DNA of 64,000 bases from Flavobacteriales bacterium. Lineage in GTDB: Bacteria > Bacteroidota > Bacteroidia > Flavobacteriales > UBA7430. The number at the start of each line of letters is the position of its first letter. Position 1 is the first letter of the stretch. Below are positions 27,402-38,100 of the stretch, one piece after another. The stretch covers positions 5,595 through 69,594 of the forward strand of contig JAQWKY010000080.1 in NCBI GenBank assembly GCA_029247585.1. The letters run 5' to 3'. The notes beneath the pieces are model-generated. The model saw nothing but the letters and a program-made list of their open reading frames with translations, did no database searches and was not told the DNA's origin. The translations under genes were made by a program, and so were the position numbers.

Positions 27402-28049
27402 ATGATTTTAAATAAGGATACAGCAAAAAAAACCGCCGAATTTCTATTGCAAATTAAAGCAATAAAATTACAACCTAATAATCCTTTTACTTGGGCATCG
27501 GGATGGAACTCTCCGATTTACTGCGATAACCGCATTACACTTTCGCACCACGCTACGCGAACTTACATTCGCGAACAACTCGCACATGCTGTTGTAGAGC
27601 GTTTTGGCAAACCCGATGTAATTGCAGGGGTAGCTACAGGAGCCATCGCACATGGCATTTTAGTAGCTCAGGAATTGGGACTTCCTTTTATTTATGTTCG
27701 CCCCGAGCCTAAAAAACACGGTCGCAAAAACCAAATTGAAGGTTTTGTTGAAAGCGGTCAAAATGTAGTCGTTATCGAAGATCTCATAAGCACGGGTGGT
27801 AGCTCTTTGAAAGCCGTAAAAGCACTCGAAGAAGTAGGGTGTACCGTAAATGGTATGGCAGCTATCTTTACATATGGCTTTGACCTTTCCGTTGAAAACT
27901 TCAAAAATGCCAAATGCGATCTGGTTACCCTAAGTGACTACGACAACCTCATCGAACAAGCTACAGATACAGGATACATTTCGGATGAAGAAGTTGATGC
28001 ACTAAAAAATTGGCGCCTGGCACCCGATCAATGGTCTCCTAAAAAATAA
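27402..28049 (+). CDS. pyrE: Orotate phosphoribosyltransferase.
   Basis: PRPP-binding motif VVVIEDLISTGGS and N-terminal FTWASGWNSPIYCDNR. Confidence 0.93.
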   Translation: MILNKDTAKKTAEFLLQIKAIKLQPNNPFTWASGWNSPIYCDNRITLSHHATRTYIREQLAHAVVERFGKPDVIAGVATGAIAHGILVAQELGLPFIYVRPEPKKHGRKNQIEGFVESGQNVVVIEDLISTGGSSLKAVKALEEVGCTVNGMAAIFTYGFDLSVENFKNAKCDLVTLSDYDNLIEQATDTGYISDEEVDALKNWRLAPDQWSPKK

Positions 28050-28057
28050 CACAAAAC

Positions 28058-28071
28058 GGCTCTTTCGAGCC
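28058..28071 (+). terminator. Rho-independent terminator after pyrE.
   Basis: ggctc-tttc-gagcc followed by a run of 10 T. Confidence 0.6.
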
Positions 28072-28208
28072 TTTTTTTTTGGCGAATTTCTACAAGAAGA
28101 ATTACGATAAAGAATGTGCAATCCTATATAAATATTCAACCGTAATTTAACCGTATCTTTACCGCATCAAATTTGGTGTAATCCAGAATACGAATTGACC
28201 GCATCTTA

Positions 28209-28979
28209 ATGTCTAAATTACCCAAAACGCATAAATTTATTGACCTTTCAGACTACGGAAGACCTATTGCTGTAAGAATTGCAAAGGGTTTAAAAGACAC
28301 CTCTTTCACCCCCATTCATATAACCCTAGCATTCATTCTATCAGGACTAGTTGCTTGCTATTGCATGCTTGAAGGACTCTATGGTTTCGCTGCATTTTTT
28401 TTAGTCCTTAAATCCATCTTAGATGCGGCAGATGGAGAATTGGCTCGTATCAAAAACAAACCCTCTTACACAGGGCGTTATCTTGACTCTATCGCTGACA
28501 TCATACTGAATGCCTTATTTTTTGGAATCATAGCCTTCATCACAGACACGGAATTTTGGCTATGCTCTATGGCATTTATAGGACTACAATTGCAAGGCAC
28601 ACTATACAACTACTACTACGTAATTTTACGAAACAAATTCAACGGCGACAAGACCAGTAGAGTGTTTGAAAACAAAACACCTATTGCATTAAAAGGAGAG
28701 AAACAAGAACATGTAAACCTTCTTTTTAGAATCTACAAAGTGTTCTACGGACCTTTTGATAAAATCATTTACACTCTAGACCCAAATGCAAACCAAGGGA
28801 AAGTCCTTCCAAAATGGTTCATGACGGCCCTATCTACATTTGGCTTAGGCTTCCAATTGCTATTGATCGCCGCACTTCTTGTTCTGGGATTAAAAGCCTT
28901 CATTTTACCATTCTTCCTAGGATACACACTCTTTGTTGTTATATTTGTAGGTGTTCGAAAAAAAATTAACGGAAAATAA
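28209..28979 (+). CDS. CDP-alcohol phosphatidyltransferase family protein.
   Basis: Signature DAADGELARIKNKPSYTGRYLDSIADIILN (DGx2ARx8Gx3Dx3D). Multi-TM. Confidence 0.85.
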   Translation: MSKLPKTHKFIDLSDYGRPIAVRIAKGLKDTSFTPIHITLAFILSGLVACYCMLEGLYGFAAFFLVLKSILDAADGELARIKNKPSYTGRYLDSIADIILNALFFGIIAFITDTEFWLCSMAFIGLQLQGTLYNYYYVILRNKFNGDKTSRVFENKTPIALKGEKQEHVNLLFRIYKVFYGPFDKIIYTLDPNANQGKVLPKWFMTALSTFGLGFQLLLIAALLVLGLKAFILPFFLGYTLFVVIFVGVRKKINGK

Positions 28980-29020
28980 ATAAAGCATTAAACCTCTTTT
29001 TTTAAAAAAGCAATCTAAAC

Positions 29021-29033
29021 GCAACAATGTTGC
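29021..29033. promoter_or_regulatory. 13-bp palindrome gcaaca-a-tgttgc just upstream of a -7 box. Candidate operator, possibly for the co-transcribed Fur-family regulator.
   Basis: Perfect 6-bp arms around one central base. It is 10 nt upstream of TATATTTG (29044-29051) and 46-58 nt upstream of ATG 29079. Confidence 0.3.
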
Positions 29034-29043
29034 ATTATAATTG

Positions 29044-29051
29044 TATATTTG
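29044..29051 (+). promoter_or_regulatory. Candidate -7 box (TAnnTTTG) for the lipoprotein / TonB receptor / Fur operon.
   Basis: TATATTTG, 27 nt upstream of ATG 29079. Confidence 0.4.
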
Positions 29052-29078
29052 TCGTGTTAAACTTCAAATAAAATAAAA

Positions 29079-29630
29079 ATGAAAACTAAAAAAAGCCTTT
29101 TAACCAGCTTAGCGCTTGCAGCACTAATTTTTTCTTCTTGTGAAAAAGACAATCCGGTTATTCCTAATGAAGAAGAACTGATCACAACAGTAAAGTACAC
29201 CTTAACTCCTACAGAAGGGGAAGCTGTTACCCTAAGTTTTATAGATTTAGATGGTGATGGAGCAGGTGAACCAACAAAAAATCAGGTAACACTAAAAGCC
29301 AATCAAACCTATACAGGTTCTCTGGAATTATTAAATGAATCAGAAACCCCAGCTGAAAGCATCACAGAAGAAATTGAGGAAGAAAGTGAAGAACACCAAT
29401 TCTTTTTTGAATCTGAGCTTGTAAGCTTCGAATACAAAGACAACGATGCAGATGGTGATCCGGTTGGATTGAATACCTTATTAACGACTGGAGAAGCTGG
29501 AACAGGTACCATTAAGATTACACTTCGTCATGAGCCGAATAAATCTGCGGAAGGTGTTTCTTCCGGAAACATAACTAATGCAGGCGGAGAAACAGACATA
29601 GAAGTTACCTTTAATATACATGTTGAATAA
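29079..29630 (+). CDS. Small acidic surface/periplasmic lipoprotein partnered with a TonB-dependent receptor.
   Basis: Lipoprotein signal LIFSSCEKD. DLDGDGAGEP and DNDADGDP acidic loops, and an EEIEEESEEH stretch. Its 3' end overlaps the receptor start by 11 nt. Confidence 0.7.
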   Translation: MKTKKSLLTSLALAALIFSSCEKDNPVIPNEEELITTVKYTLTPTEGEAVTLSFIDLDGDGAGEPTKNQVTLKANQTYTGSLELLNESETPAESITEEIEEESEEHQFFFESELVSFEYKDNDADGDPVGLNTLLTTGEAGTGTIKITLRHEPNKSAEGVSSGNITNAGGETDIEVTFNIHVE

Positions 29631-31947
29631 AACCACTTTATTTATTATTCTATTCGGTGCAATTTTGAGTATAAAAGCTCAGGATTGCACCTATTCCATT
29701 CAAGGGCGAGTCCTTGATCATGGCACCCAATTCCCACTTTGCCATGTAAACATTCTGGTCAACGAACAGTCTAAAGGAACCAGTACAGACGAGCAGGGTA
29801 ACTTTCATATAGGCAATCTATGTGCAGGAGAGTTTCACGTACTTTTTTCTCATATTGGATGCCAACAAAAAAAAATACACCTGAATTTAGACAAGGACAC
29901 CACCTTATCAATTAATCTATCTCATACAACAAGCTTCCTCGGAACGATTGACCTTGATGCAGAAAGAAATCATGCACAAAATCACTCTCAAGTGAGCATC
30001 AATAGAAAGTCCATTGAAGACAATCCAACGAAAAATATTTCGGGCTTAATCGAGAATGAAACGGGCGTACATTTAATCAAAAATGGAAGTGGTATTTCAA
30101 AACCTGTGGTTCACGGCTTGTATGGAAATCGACTCACCATCATTAATAACGGCATTGTTCAGAGTGGACAGCAATGGGGGAGTGACCACGGACCTGAAAT
30201 AGACCCCTTTAGCTCAAATAAAATAACCGTAATTAAAGGAACTAGTGCCATTAAATACGGCGGCGGAAACCTCGGTAGCGTACTCTTGATAGAATCCAAA
30301 AAGATTTTACCCGAGCCTCACCTTCACGGACAAATTAACTACGCCTACGAATCAAATGGAAGAGGCAACAACCTCAACATTCAACTGGAAAAACATGCAT
30401 CCAACCTAGCATGGCGAATCAATGGAACACTCAAAAAATCTGGAGATAAAAAATCATCTTCCTATTTCTTAAACAATACAGGTAGTAACGAAGCTAATTT
30501 TTCAGTTCAGTTAGAAAAATCATGGAATGACCAATTATTCATTGATTTTTATGGCAGTAGCTTCAACACTCAATTGGGGGTTCTAAGAGGTGCTCACATT
30601 GGAAATTTAACCGATTTAGAAGAAGCACTTATTCGAGACATTCCTTTTTATACTGAAACTAAATTTAGCTATGACATTGATGCTCCCAAACAGAAAGTAT
30701 CGCACCATTTGGCAAAAATAGATGCCACCTACATCATCAATGACGAACAACAAGTACAATTAATCCTAGGTGTTCAGTCAAACCATCGGAAAGAGTACGA
30801 CGTCAGAAGAAGTGGTCGATCAGACATTCCGGCACTAAGCTTACTTCAAAACACATTTAACTCCGAAATTAAGTACAGTTATGAGCTAAAGCAAAACTGG
30901 AAGCTTAGGATGGGGAATCAAACAATCATTACAGACAACACAAACCAACCCGAAACAGGAATTCTTCCTTTAATTCCAGATTACATCTCTGTAAAAAGTG
31001 GACTTTACACAACCCTATCAAGGAGAAAGAACCAACAACATTTCAACTTAGGTGTTCGTTATGACAACGAACAACAAAAAATAGCCAATATTAGCACGGG
31101 TTTCCCAAAAAAAATAATCCGACATCAGAATAATTATGACAACATAAGCTTGCTAGCCTCCTACAAATTTAACCTTTCAAAAAAACAAACGCTATCTATA
31201 AACACAGGCTTCGCAAGCCGAAATCCTGGAATTAACGAACTGTTCAGTAATGGAGTACACCAAGGAGTAAGTAGTTTTGAAGAAGGTAATGTAAACTTGA
31301 ATACTGAAAAAGCAATTAAAAACACTTTCGAATACCAATGGCTTCCGAACACAAATTTCACTTTTAATGCCTTACTATATCATCAATATTTTAAGGATTA
31401 CATCTTCCTGAAACCACAGGATGAAATGAAACTCACCATTCGTGGAGCTTTTCCTTTTTACAGATACGAACAAACTAATGCATCAATAAGCGGAATCGAT
31501 CTCTCTACTCAATTTACGCTAGCTCATTCTTTGTTCGGAAAACTAAAATACAGCTACCTACACGGCGAAGACATAACAAATAAAAAACCTTTGGTATACA
31601 CCCCTCCAAACAGTCTGTATTGGAGTTTAAAATACCAACGAAATCATTCTATAAAATTATCAAAAAACACAAGTGCTGAAGCTCTAGAAATTGAAATCAA
31701 CAACAAAATTGTATTCAAACAAAACAATCTCCTAGAAGAACAGGATTTTACAGCTCCTCCCAACACATACTCCCTATTTGGCATGCGAGCATCGACACGA
31801 CTGACTTTCCCTGAATACCAAATCAGTTGCTTTGCAAAAGTGGAAAACCTTTTTAACACACCGTATCGTGACTACTTAAACAAACAAAGGTATTTTTCAG
31901 ACGATATTGGCATAAGTATAAGCCTTGGAATGAACTTTAAATTTTAA
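29620..31947 (+). CDS. TonB-dependent outer-membrane receptor (CarboxypepD_reg N-terminal domain).
   Basis: Signal peptide. YSIQGRVLD...TDEQGNFHI (carboxypeptidase-regulatory-like), a plug region, and a barrel ending in a terminal Phe (GMNFKF). Confidence 0.9.
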   Translation: MLNKTTLFIILFGAILSIKAQDCTYSIQGRVLDHGTQFPLCHVNILVNEQSKGTSTDEQGNFHIGNLCAGEFHVLFSHIGCQQKKIHLNLDKDTTLSINLSHTTSFLGTIDLDAERNHAQNHSQVSINRKSIEDNPTKNISGLIENETGVHLIKNGSGISKPVVHGLYGNRLTIINNGIVQSGQQWGSDHGPEIDPFSSNKITVIKGTSAIKYGGGNLGSVLLIESKKILPEPHLHGQINYAYESNGRGNNLNIQLEKHASNLAWRINGTLKKSGDKKSSSYFLNNTGSNEANFSVQLEKSWNDQLFIDFYGSSFNTQLGVLRGAHIGNLTDLEEALIRDIPFYTETKFSYDIDAPKQKVSHHLAKIDATYIINDEQQVQLILGVQSNHRKEYDVRRSGRSDIPALSLLQNTFNSEIKYSYELKQNWKLRMGNQTIITDNTNQPETGILPLIPDYISVKSGLYTTLSRRKNQQHFNLGVRYDNEQQKIANISTGFPKKIIRHQNNYDNISLLASYKFNLSKKQTLSINTGFASRNPGINELFSNGVHQGVSSFEEGNVNLNTEKAIKNTFEYQWLPNTNFTFNALLYHQYFKDYIFLKPQDEMKLTIRGAFPFYRYEQTNASISGIDLSTQFTLAHSLFGKLKYSYLHGEDITNKKPLVYTPPNSLYWSLKYQRNHSIKLSKNTSAEALEIEINNKIVFKQNNLLEEQDFTAPPNTYSLFGMRASTRLTFPEYQISCFAKVENLFNTPYRDYLNKQRYFSDDIGISISLGMNFKF

Positions 31948-31956
31948 CTTTGACGT

Positions 31957-32370
31957 ATGGACTCCGTACAACTCAAAGAACTGCTTCGCAAAAGAAACCT
32001 CAAAGCAACCCATACTCGCCTGAGCTTGCTAAATAAAATGCATGCCTATGGCTCTGCCATGAGCCATTCAGTAATTCAAAAACAAATGCAGCCTATTGAT
32101 CGAGTAACCTTGTACAGAACTATAGAATCGCTACACGAAAAAGGCATCATCCACAAAGCATTTCAAGAAAACAATGAAACCTTCTATGCCATCTGTGGAA
32201 GTAGCTGCAATACCCAAGCACACAAACACGACCACGCTCACTTTAAATGTTTGAAATGCAATACAGTGAGCTGCCAAGAACTTGATGAAACCCTAAAAAT
32301 CTCACTTCCCAACTACGAAATAAATAAAGTTTCTATACATATCGAAGGAATATGCGACCTTTGCCATTGA
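31957..32370 (+). CDS. Fur-family metalloregulator. Fur, Zur or PerR cannot be distinguished from sequence.
   Basis: N-terminal wHTH (LKATHTRLSLL...VTLYRTIESL), a His-rich HKHDHAHF, and two CxxC pairs (CLKC, CDLC). It lies 9 nt after the receptor stop. Confidence 0.85.
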   Translation: MDSVQLKELLRKRNLKATHTRLSLLNKMHAYGSAMSHSVIQKQMQPIDRVTLYRTIESLHEKGIIHKAFQENNETFYAICGSSCNTQAHKHDHAHFKCLKCNTVSCQELDETLKISLPNYEINKVSIHIEGICDLCH

Positions 32371-32427
32371 ATAGAAAACACGAAAAATACTGATTGAATA
32401 ACTTAATCGATTATACCCAAACCAATT

Positions 32428-32925
32428 ATGACAAAAATTACACTAAAAGGGAACACAATAAATACAAGTGGTTCTCTCCCATCCATTGGAAGCTCAGCAA
32501 AGGATTTTGAACTCATTGCAGGAGACTTATCTACAAAGACACTACGTGATTTTAAAGGTCAAAATCTGGTGTTAAATATTTTCCCAAGCATAGATACAGG
32601 TACTTGTGCAGCTTCAGTAAGAAACTTTAACAAAGCAGCGGCAGAACTAAACAACACAGTTGTGCTCTGCATCTCACGAGACTTACCCTTTGCCCAAAAG
32701 AGATTTTGTGGTGCGGAAGGCATCGAAAAGGTAGTCATGCTATCCGACTTTAAAACAGGCCAATTTGGTAAAAACTACGGCTTAGATTTGATAGATGGGC
32801 CTCTTGCAGGCTTGAATTCTAGAAGCGTGGTAATTATTAATGCAGACGGAAAAGTGATATACACCGAGCAGGTTGCTGAAACTACCGAAGAGCCGAACTA
32901 CGAGGCAGCTTTAAAGAGCTTGTAA
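32428..32925 (+). CDS. tpx: Thiol peroxidase (atypical 2-Cys peroxiredoxin Tpx).
   Basis: FPSIDTGTCA peroxidatic-Cys motif and resolving Cys in RFCGAEG. Length 165 aa. Confidence 0.92.
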   Translation: MTKITLKGNTINTSGSLPSIGSSAKDFELIAGDLSTKTLRDFKGQNLVLNIFPSIDTGTCAASVRNFNKAAAELNNTVVLCISRDLPFAQKRFCGAEGIEKVVMLSDFKTGQFGKNYGLDLIDGPLAGLNSRSVVIINADGKVIYTEQVAETTEEPNYEAALKSL

Positions 32926-32980
32926 TTACAACAACAGCAAACTGAGACTTATCTAAAATTATTTTCTCAACAAGAAAAAA

Positions 32981-32997
32981 ACGGCTCATTGAGCCGT
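32981..32997 (+). terminator. Rho-independent terminator after tpx.
   Basis: acggctc-att-gagccgt followed by ttttt. Confidence 0.75.
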
Positions 32998-33205
32998 TTT
33001 TCTTACATCCTATTCTTCAGTACCAACAATTTTAAGAAGCACCCAACTTGGCTTACAATTAAGGTGAAAGCTACCAAAACAAAAGCGAAATTCACCCTCA
33101 AAGGCCCGAATCAAGTTCGTCAATTACTGTATAAAATCGCTGAATAATAGAAGCCAAAGGCCCTTCAAATCACTAGCCCCCTGAAAAGAGTTCACATTTT
33201 TGTCT

Positions 33206-33213
33206 TAAGTTTG
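33206..33213 (+). promoter_or_regulatory. Candidate -7 box (TAnnTTTG).
   Basis: TAAGTTTG, 37 nt upstream of the TTG start at 33251. Confidence 0.35.
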
Positions 33214-33250
33214 TGGTACCAATAAATTGTAAATCCTAAGCCCTTCCTTC

Positions 33251-34858
33251 TTGAGAATCAGTCTATTCATACTTTCCTTTATTCTTCTGCAAGGGAGTCT
33301 CTTCGCACACAACCTAGATTCGCTTCTTAAAGTACTCGAATCTGAAATGCAGAATCAGGAGGTTTATGACCTACAAAAAGAAAAACGCTTAGAAGAATTA
33401 AGGACAAAGAGTTACAAAACAGATGATGCCATTGAGCGCTATCAAATCAATGACACCCTTTACCAAGAGTATGCGTTTTACAAATTTGACAAAGCACTCC
33501 AATACCTTGAAAAAAACATACAAATAGCCGACAGCATCAACAATCCCTCGATGTTAAATGAGGCAAAACTAAAAATGGGATTGCTTTTAGTTAATTCTGG
33601 TAGATTCAAAGAATCGATTGATATTTTGAATGAAATCAATCGCAACTCAATTCCAGAATCCTTATTAAACAGTTACTTCAGAACCCATCAAGAAGCTTAC
33701 TCGGGATTAACATACAACACAGCCGTGGAAAGGAGTCGGTCCAATTATGCGCAATTGTATGAGTCCTACAAAGATTCATTATCCACTCGCTTGGAACCCC
33801 ATTCGAAAGAAGCGCTTAGACTCAAGGAGAAACAATACAGAGACCGAAGCCAATTAGATGCTGCCTTAAAAATAAACACACAACGATTAGAAAATGCGGA
33901 AATGGGTTCAAGAGACTTCTCGTTGATCATGTTCGAAAGATCGCTCTTGTATGAATGGAGGGGAGAAAAAGAAAAACAAAAAGAATGTTTAATTTTTTCG
34001 GCCATATCAGACATCAAAGCCTCCGTCAAAGACAACGCATCCATCGGGATTCTTGCTATGATAATGTTTGCCGAGGGAGATCTTAACAGCGCCCATGAAT
34101 ACATAAATTTCTCCTACGACGACGCTAAATTTTACAGTTCTCAATTGCGATTTATATACATTGCCAATAGCATGCCTTTGATTACCGAAGCTTATGAACA
34201 GAAAAATGCCAAGCAAAAGAAAAGACTTCAATATTCACTGATTTTCATTACGGTCCTTGCCAGCTTTTTATTGTTTGCCGTCTACTTAATTCGAATGCAA
34301 ATTAAGCGTGTGTCTGAGGCTAGAAACAAGCTGAAGCTTGCAAATGAAAAACTCAACAAATCGAACGTCGATTTGAGAAAATTGTATCTGGAACTTTCAG
34401 AAGTCGATAAAATTAAAGTGCATTACATAGGGACTTTCTTAAACCTCTACTCAGAATACATTGATAAATTGGATGTATACCGAAAGCTGGTTAGGAAACA
34501 CCTCAGTACAAACAGAGTCAAGACATTACTCAAATTGTCTGAATCGAAAAAAATCATTGACACCGAACTGGATGTATTTAACAAAAACTTCGATCGTTCT
34601 TTTCTACACATTTACCCCAACTTTGTCTCAGACGTTAATCAACGTTTAAAACCCGAAAAGCAAATTGAACAGACAGACAAAGACACCCTAAACACTGAAT
34701 TACGAATCTTAGCACTCCTTAAATTGGGCATTACAAGCAGCTCAAGAATTGCAAAAATACTAAGATACTCGGTCAACACCATTTACAATTACCGAGCCGC
34801 CATAAAAAAGGCAGCCTTAGACAAGGAAAATTTTGAAAAAGAACTCATAGGAGATTAA
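33251..34858 (+). CDS. DUF6377-type regulator: signal/TPR-like sensor region, one TM helix, and a C-terminal HTH.
   Basis: TPR-like N-terminal half, TM SLIFITVLASFLLFAVYLI, a coiled coil, and the C-terminal motif IAKILRYSVNTIYNYRAAIKKA that I associate with this family beside glycan loci. Confidence 0.6.
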   Translation: MRISLFILSFILLQGSLFAHNLDSLLKVLESEMQNQEVYDLQKEKRLEELRTKSYKTDDAIERYQINDTLYQEYAFYKFDKALQYLEKNIQIADSINNPSMLNEAKLKMGLLLVNSGRFKESIDILNEINRNSIPESLLNSYFRTHQEAYSGLTYNTAVERSRSNYAQLYESYKDSLSTRLEPHSKEALRLKEKQYRDRSQLDAALKINTQRLENAEMGSRDFSLIMFERSLLYEWRGEKEKQKECLIFSAISDIKASVKDNASIGILAMIMFAEGDLNSAHEYINFSYDDAKFYSSQLRFIYIANSMPLITEAYEQKNAKQKKRLQYSLIFITVLASFLLFAVYLIRMQIKRVSEARNKLKLANEKLNKSNVDLRKLYLELSEVDKIKVHYIGTFLNLYSEYIDKLDVYRKLVRKHLSTNRVKTLLKLSESKKIIDTELDVFNKNFDRSFLHIYPNFVSDVNQRLKPEKQIEQTDKDTLNTELRILALLKLGITSSSRIAKILRYSVNTIYNYRAAIKKAALDKENFEKELIGD

Positions 34859-35168
34859 ATCTCTATTTCTGACAGGTACACCCCTACTCAACTCGTCAAT
34901 AATGCCCCCTTTCAGAACCCCATCATCCACTCATTACCCTTGCTAAACTTCTCACAAGCAATTGATTTGCAATTAATTAACTATATTTATTCAGTTCTAT
35001 TATCCACTTTTTTCATCCAAACTATTGCAGCTGAGGTCTTATAGAAGTAATTTGCGATAGCGTTTTAATTGAATGTGTTTCATTTGTGATTCGTCACCGA
35101 ACCCTTGTTTGAAACAAGCCTTTGATTGAAATTCAAGACAACCCCACAGTTTAACTTAAAAATAAAAA

Positions 35169-38100
35169 ATGATACGTCGTCTTCTTGGTGCATTCATTCA
35201 GCACTTATCTTCAACTCCTGTCAAAAAAGTTCACTTGCTTACCTCTCTCCTTGTATTGAGCTCGCCATTATTTTCACAAAACCCACTTGAAGATCGCATA
35301 CAACAAAACATTGATAATCTTTCAGTGCGGGAAAAGGTCAAACAACTTCACGGGCAAGACATGTGGTCGACAGAAGATAATGACCGACTGAATATTCCTG
35401 GAATTGTTGTTTCTGACGGACCTCATGGAGTGCGGTTTGTTGATGCAACCGCCTTCCCAACAGGGATGGGAATTGCCGCCTCATGGAACCCTAATTTAGC
35501 CGGTAACATTGGACGGGCAATGGGAAAAGAATTCCATGCCTACGGCAAACACCAACAACTCGGCCCGGCACTTGACCTCTGCCGTGACCCAAGAAACGGA
35601 AGAAGCCCAGAAACGGGTGGTGAAGATCCTTTTCTGTGTGCGCACATCAATGTTGACTTGGTCAAAGGAATACAAGAAAATCCAACCATTGCCACTCTCA
35701 AACACTTCAATGGGGTAAACAAGCAAGAAAACCGACATGGAGTAAACCACAACATGTCCTACCGTCAGTTGATGGAGCACTACGGCTATAACTTTCGACG
35801 CGTCATCCAAGATGCTGGTGCGCTTTCGGTAATGAATGCCTACAACCTAATCAACGGACAAAAATCTGCAGAAAGCCCACTTCTACTCACCCATATATTA
35901 AGAAAACGGTGGGGATTCCCTTTTTACGTCATCTCAGATTGGGGTTCGGTTTGGAATGCTAAAAAAGCCCTACAAGCTGGATGTGATCTTGAAATGGTGG
36001 TAAGTGGACAACCCAACAAATTTCAACAGGGACTCAACAACCTCTTCAACATCGGACAGATTTCAAATAACGATATTGACAAATCCGTTCGCCGTGTCTT
36101 GCGCGTAAAATACCTATCCGGAATGATGGACCATTTTCCCGAAGGAAACCCTTTCTTAGGGGCTAATACCCCTGAACATCAAGAACTCGCTTTGCAAGCC
36201 GGTCGAGAAGCCATTGTACTCCTTAAAAATGAAGACCAAATTCTTCCCATAAAAGACAAAACAAAAACAATTGCCATTGTAGGGCCTAGTGCTGATGTGG
36301 CTCAATTGGATGGATTTGGTAGCAGCTGGGTAGATCCTCCCTATGCAATCAGTCCTAAGCAAGGTTTAGAAAACAAAATTTCCAATTCTCAAATAAAATA
36401 TGCTAAAGGCTGCGACATCAACAGTTCAAACACATCGGGATTTGAAGAAGCCATCAACCTGGCAAAAACTTCCGACTATGTTATTTTTGTGGGTGGACTA
36501 GACCAGACCCAAGAAGGTGAAAATTACGAACCCGGTCCCGTAGACCGAACCGGAGGCTCCATAGAACTCCCTGCCAAACAACAAGAACTTATTTCCGAAC
36601 TCGCCAAAGTAAATCCAAACGTCATCGTCGTGATCAAAAGTGGCGGTATTTGTGCAGTACCTAATGCCATCGACGACATCAAAGGGTTTCTCTATGCTTT
36701 CTACCCAGGAATGGAAGGAGGAAATGCCATCGCTGATGTGATTTATGGTGATTACAACCCGAGTGCTAAACTCCCAGTAACTATGCCCGTAGATGATGAG
36801 CAAATGCCGGATTGGAACGACGACTTTTCAGACGACTACAACGGAGGCTATCGTTACTACGACGAGCTCGGCATCACACCACAATATGCTTTTGGACATG
36901 GACTTAGCTACACCTTTTTTGAGTACAGCAACCTCCAAATAAATGCTACTGAATTTGAGGCCGGAGCCCCCATAACGATAACCGCAGAAGTTACCAATAC
37001 AGGAGAACAAGCGGGTGAAGAAGTAACTCAATTGTACCTACAAAATAAAGGAACATCAGTTTGGATGCCTAAAAAAGAACTCAAGGGTTTTGAAAAAATC
37101 CATCTTGAACCGGGGGAAACAAAAACAGTTTCTTTCCTCCTAACAGCAAATGAATTGTATTATTTCGACGAAGAAGCAGATGGCTACAAAGTCGCAACAG
37201 GGGCTTATAAAGCCCTTGTGGGAGGGGCCTCAGACCAGCTCAACCATTCTGTTGACTTCAACATCACTAGCGGAACGCCAAAAGCGGATCTGGAAATTTC
37301 GAAAATCTACAGTTATCCTAGATACCCTGAAGTTGGAGATTCTGTTTTGTTTTTAGGGCTGGTGAAAAATCAAGGGACTAAAGACCTACTCCCAAACACA
37401 TCCGTAAAATTAAAATTTGAAGTAGATGGCTCAGAAGTCAGTTTCAGCTCCAGCATTTCTGACACCCTTTTCGCTGGGGGGGCAATACTTATCGGTGCAG
37501 ATGAGGGCTTGGAATCGGCTTACTGGGTACCTTCTACTGAAAAATCATTCACCATCACGGCAATCATTGATGCAAACAATGAAATCGAAGAGTGGATTGA
37601 ATCAAACAATGTAACGCTATCCTCTATCGAAGTCGCAAGCAGCGATAAAACCGAACAAAACAATCTATGCTTTGAGAAACCGGTAGAAGTCTCTTCTTTG
37701 GAAAGCGACGATTACCCCGCGGAAAATCTTGTGGACGGAGATTTTAGTAGCCGTTGGAGTTCTGAATTCTCTGACCCTCAATACCTTCTTATAGATCTAG
37801 AAGATGAATACTATTTAGACGTTATGGCACTTTCATGGGAAGCATCTCACTCCTCGGAATACGTTCTTGAAACCTCAAAAGACAAAGCCATTTGGGACGA
37901 AGTTGCCTATGAAGAAAATGGGAACGGAGGTAATGATTTGTTTTACCCTAAACGTAATGCGAGGTACATACGACTGAGAGGTTTAGAAAGAGTAACCCTG
38001 TGGGGTAACCAATACGGGCATTCCTTATATGAAGTTCAAGCCTTCGGAAAATTGACCTCAACATTAGCGACTGAAACCCTAAATCCGGAAAAGCTAGAGA

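Noticed and set aside
32998-33205. Possible gene remnant or small ORFs in the 325-bp tpx / DUF6377 intergenic region, for example a minus-strand 37-codon TTG ORF (MTNLIRAFEGEFRF...).
   Set aside because: They are too short, use non-ATG starts, show no recognisable family signature, and I found no supporting promoter motif.
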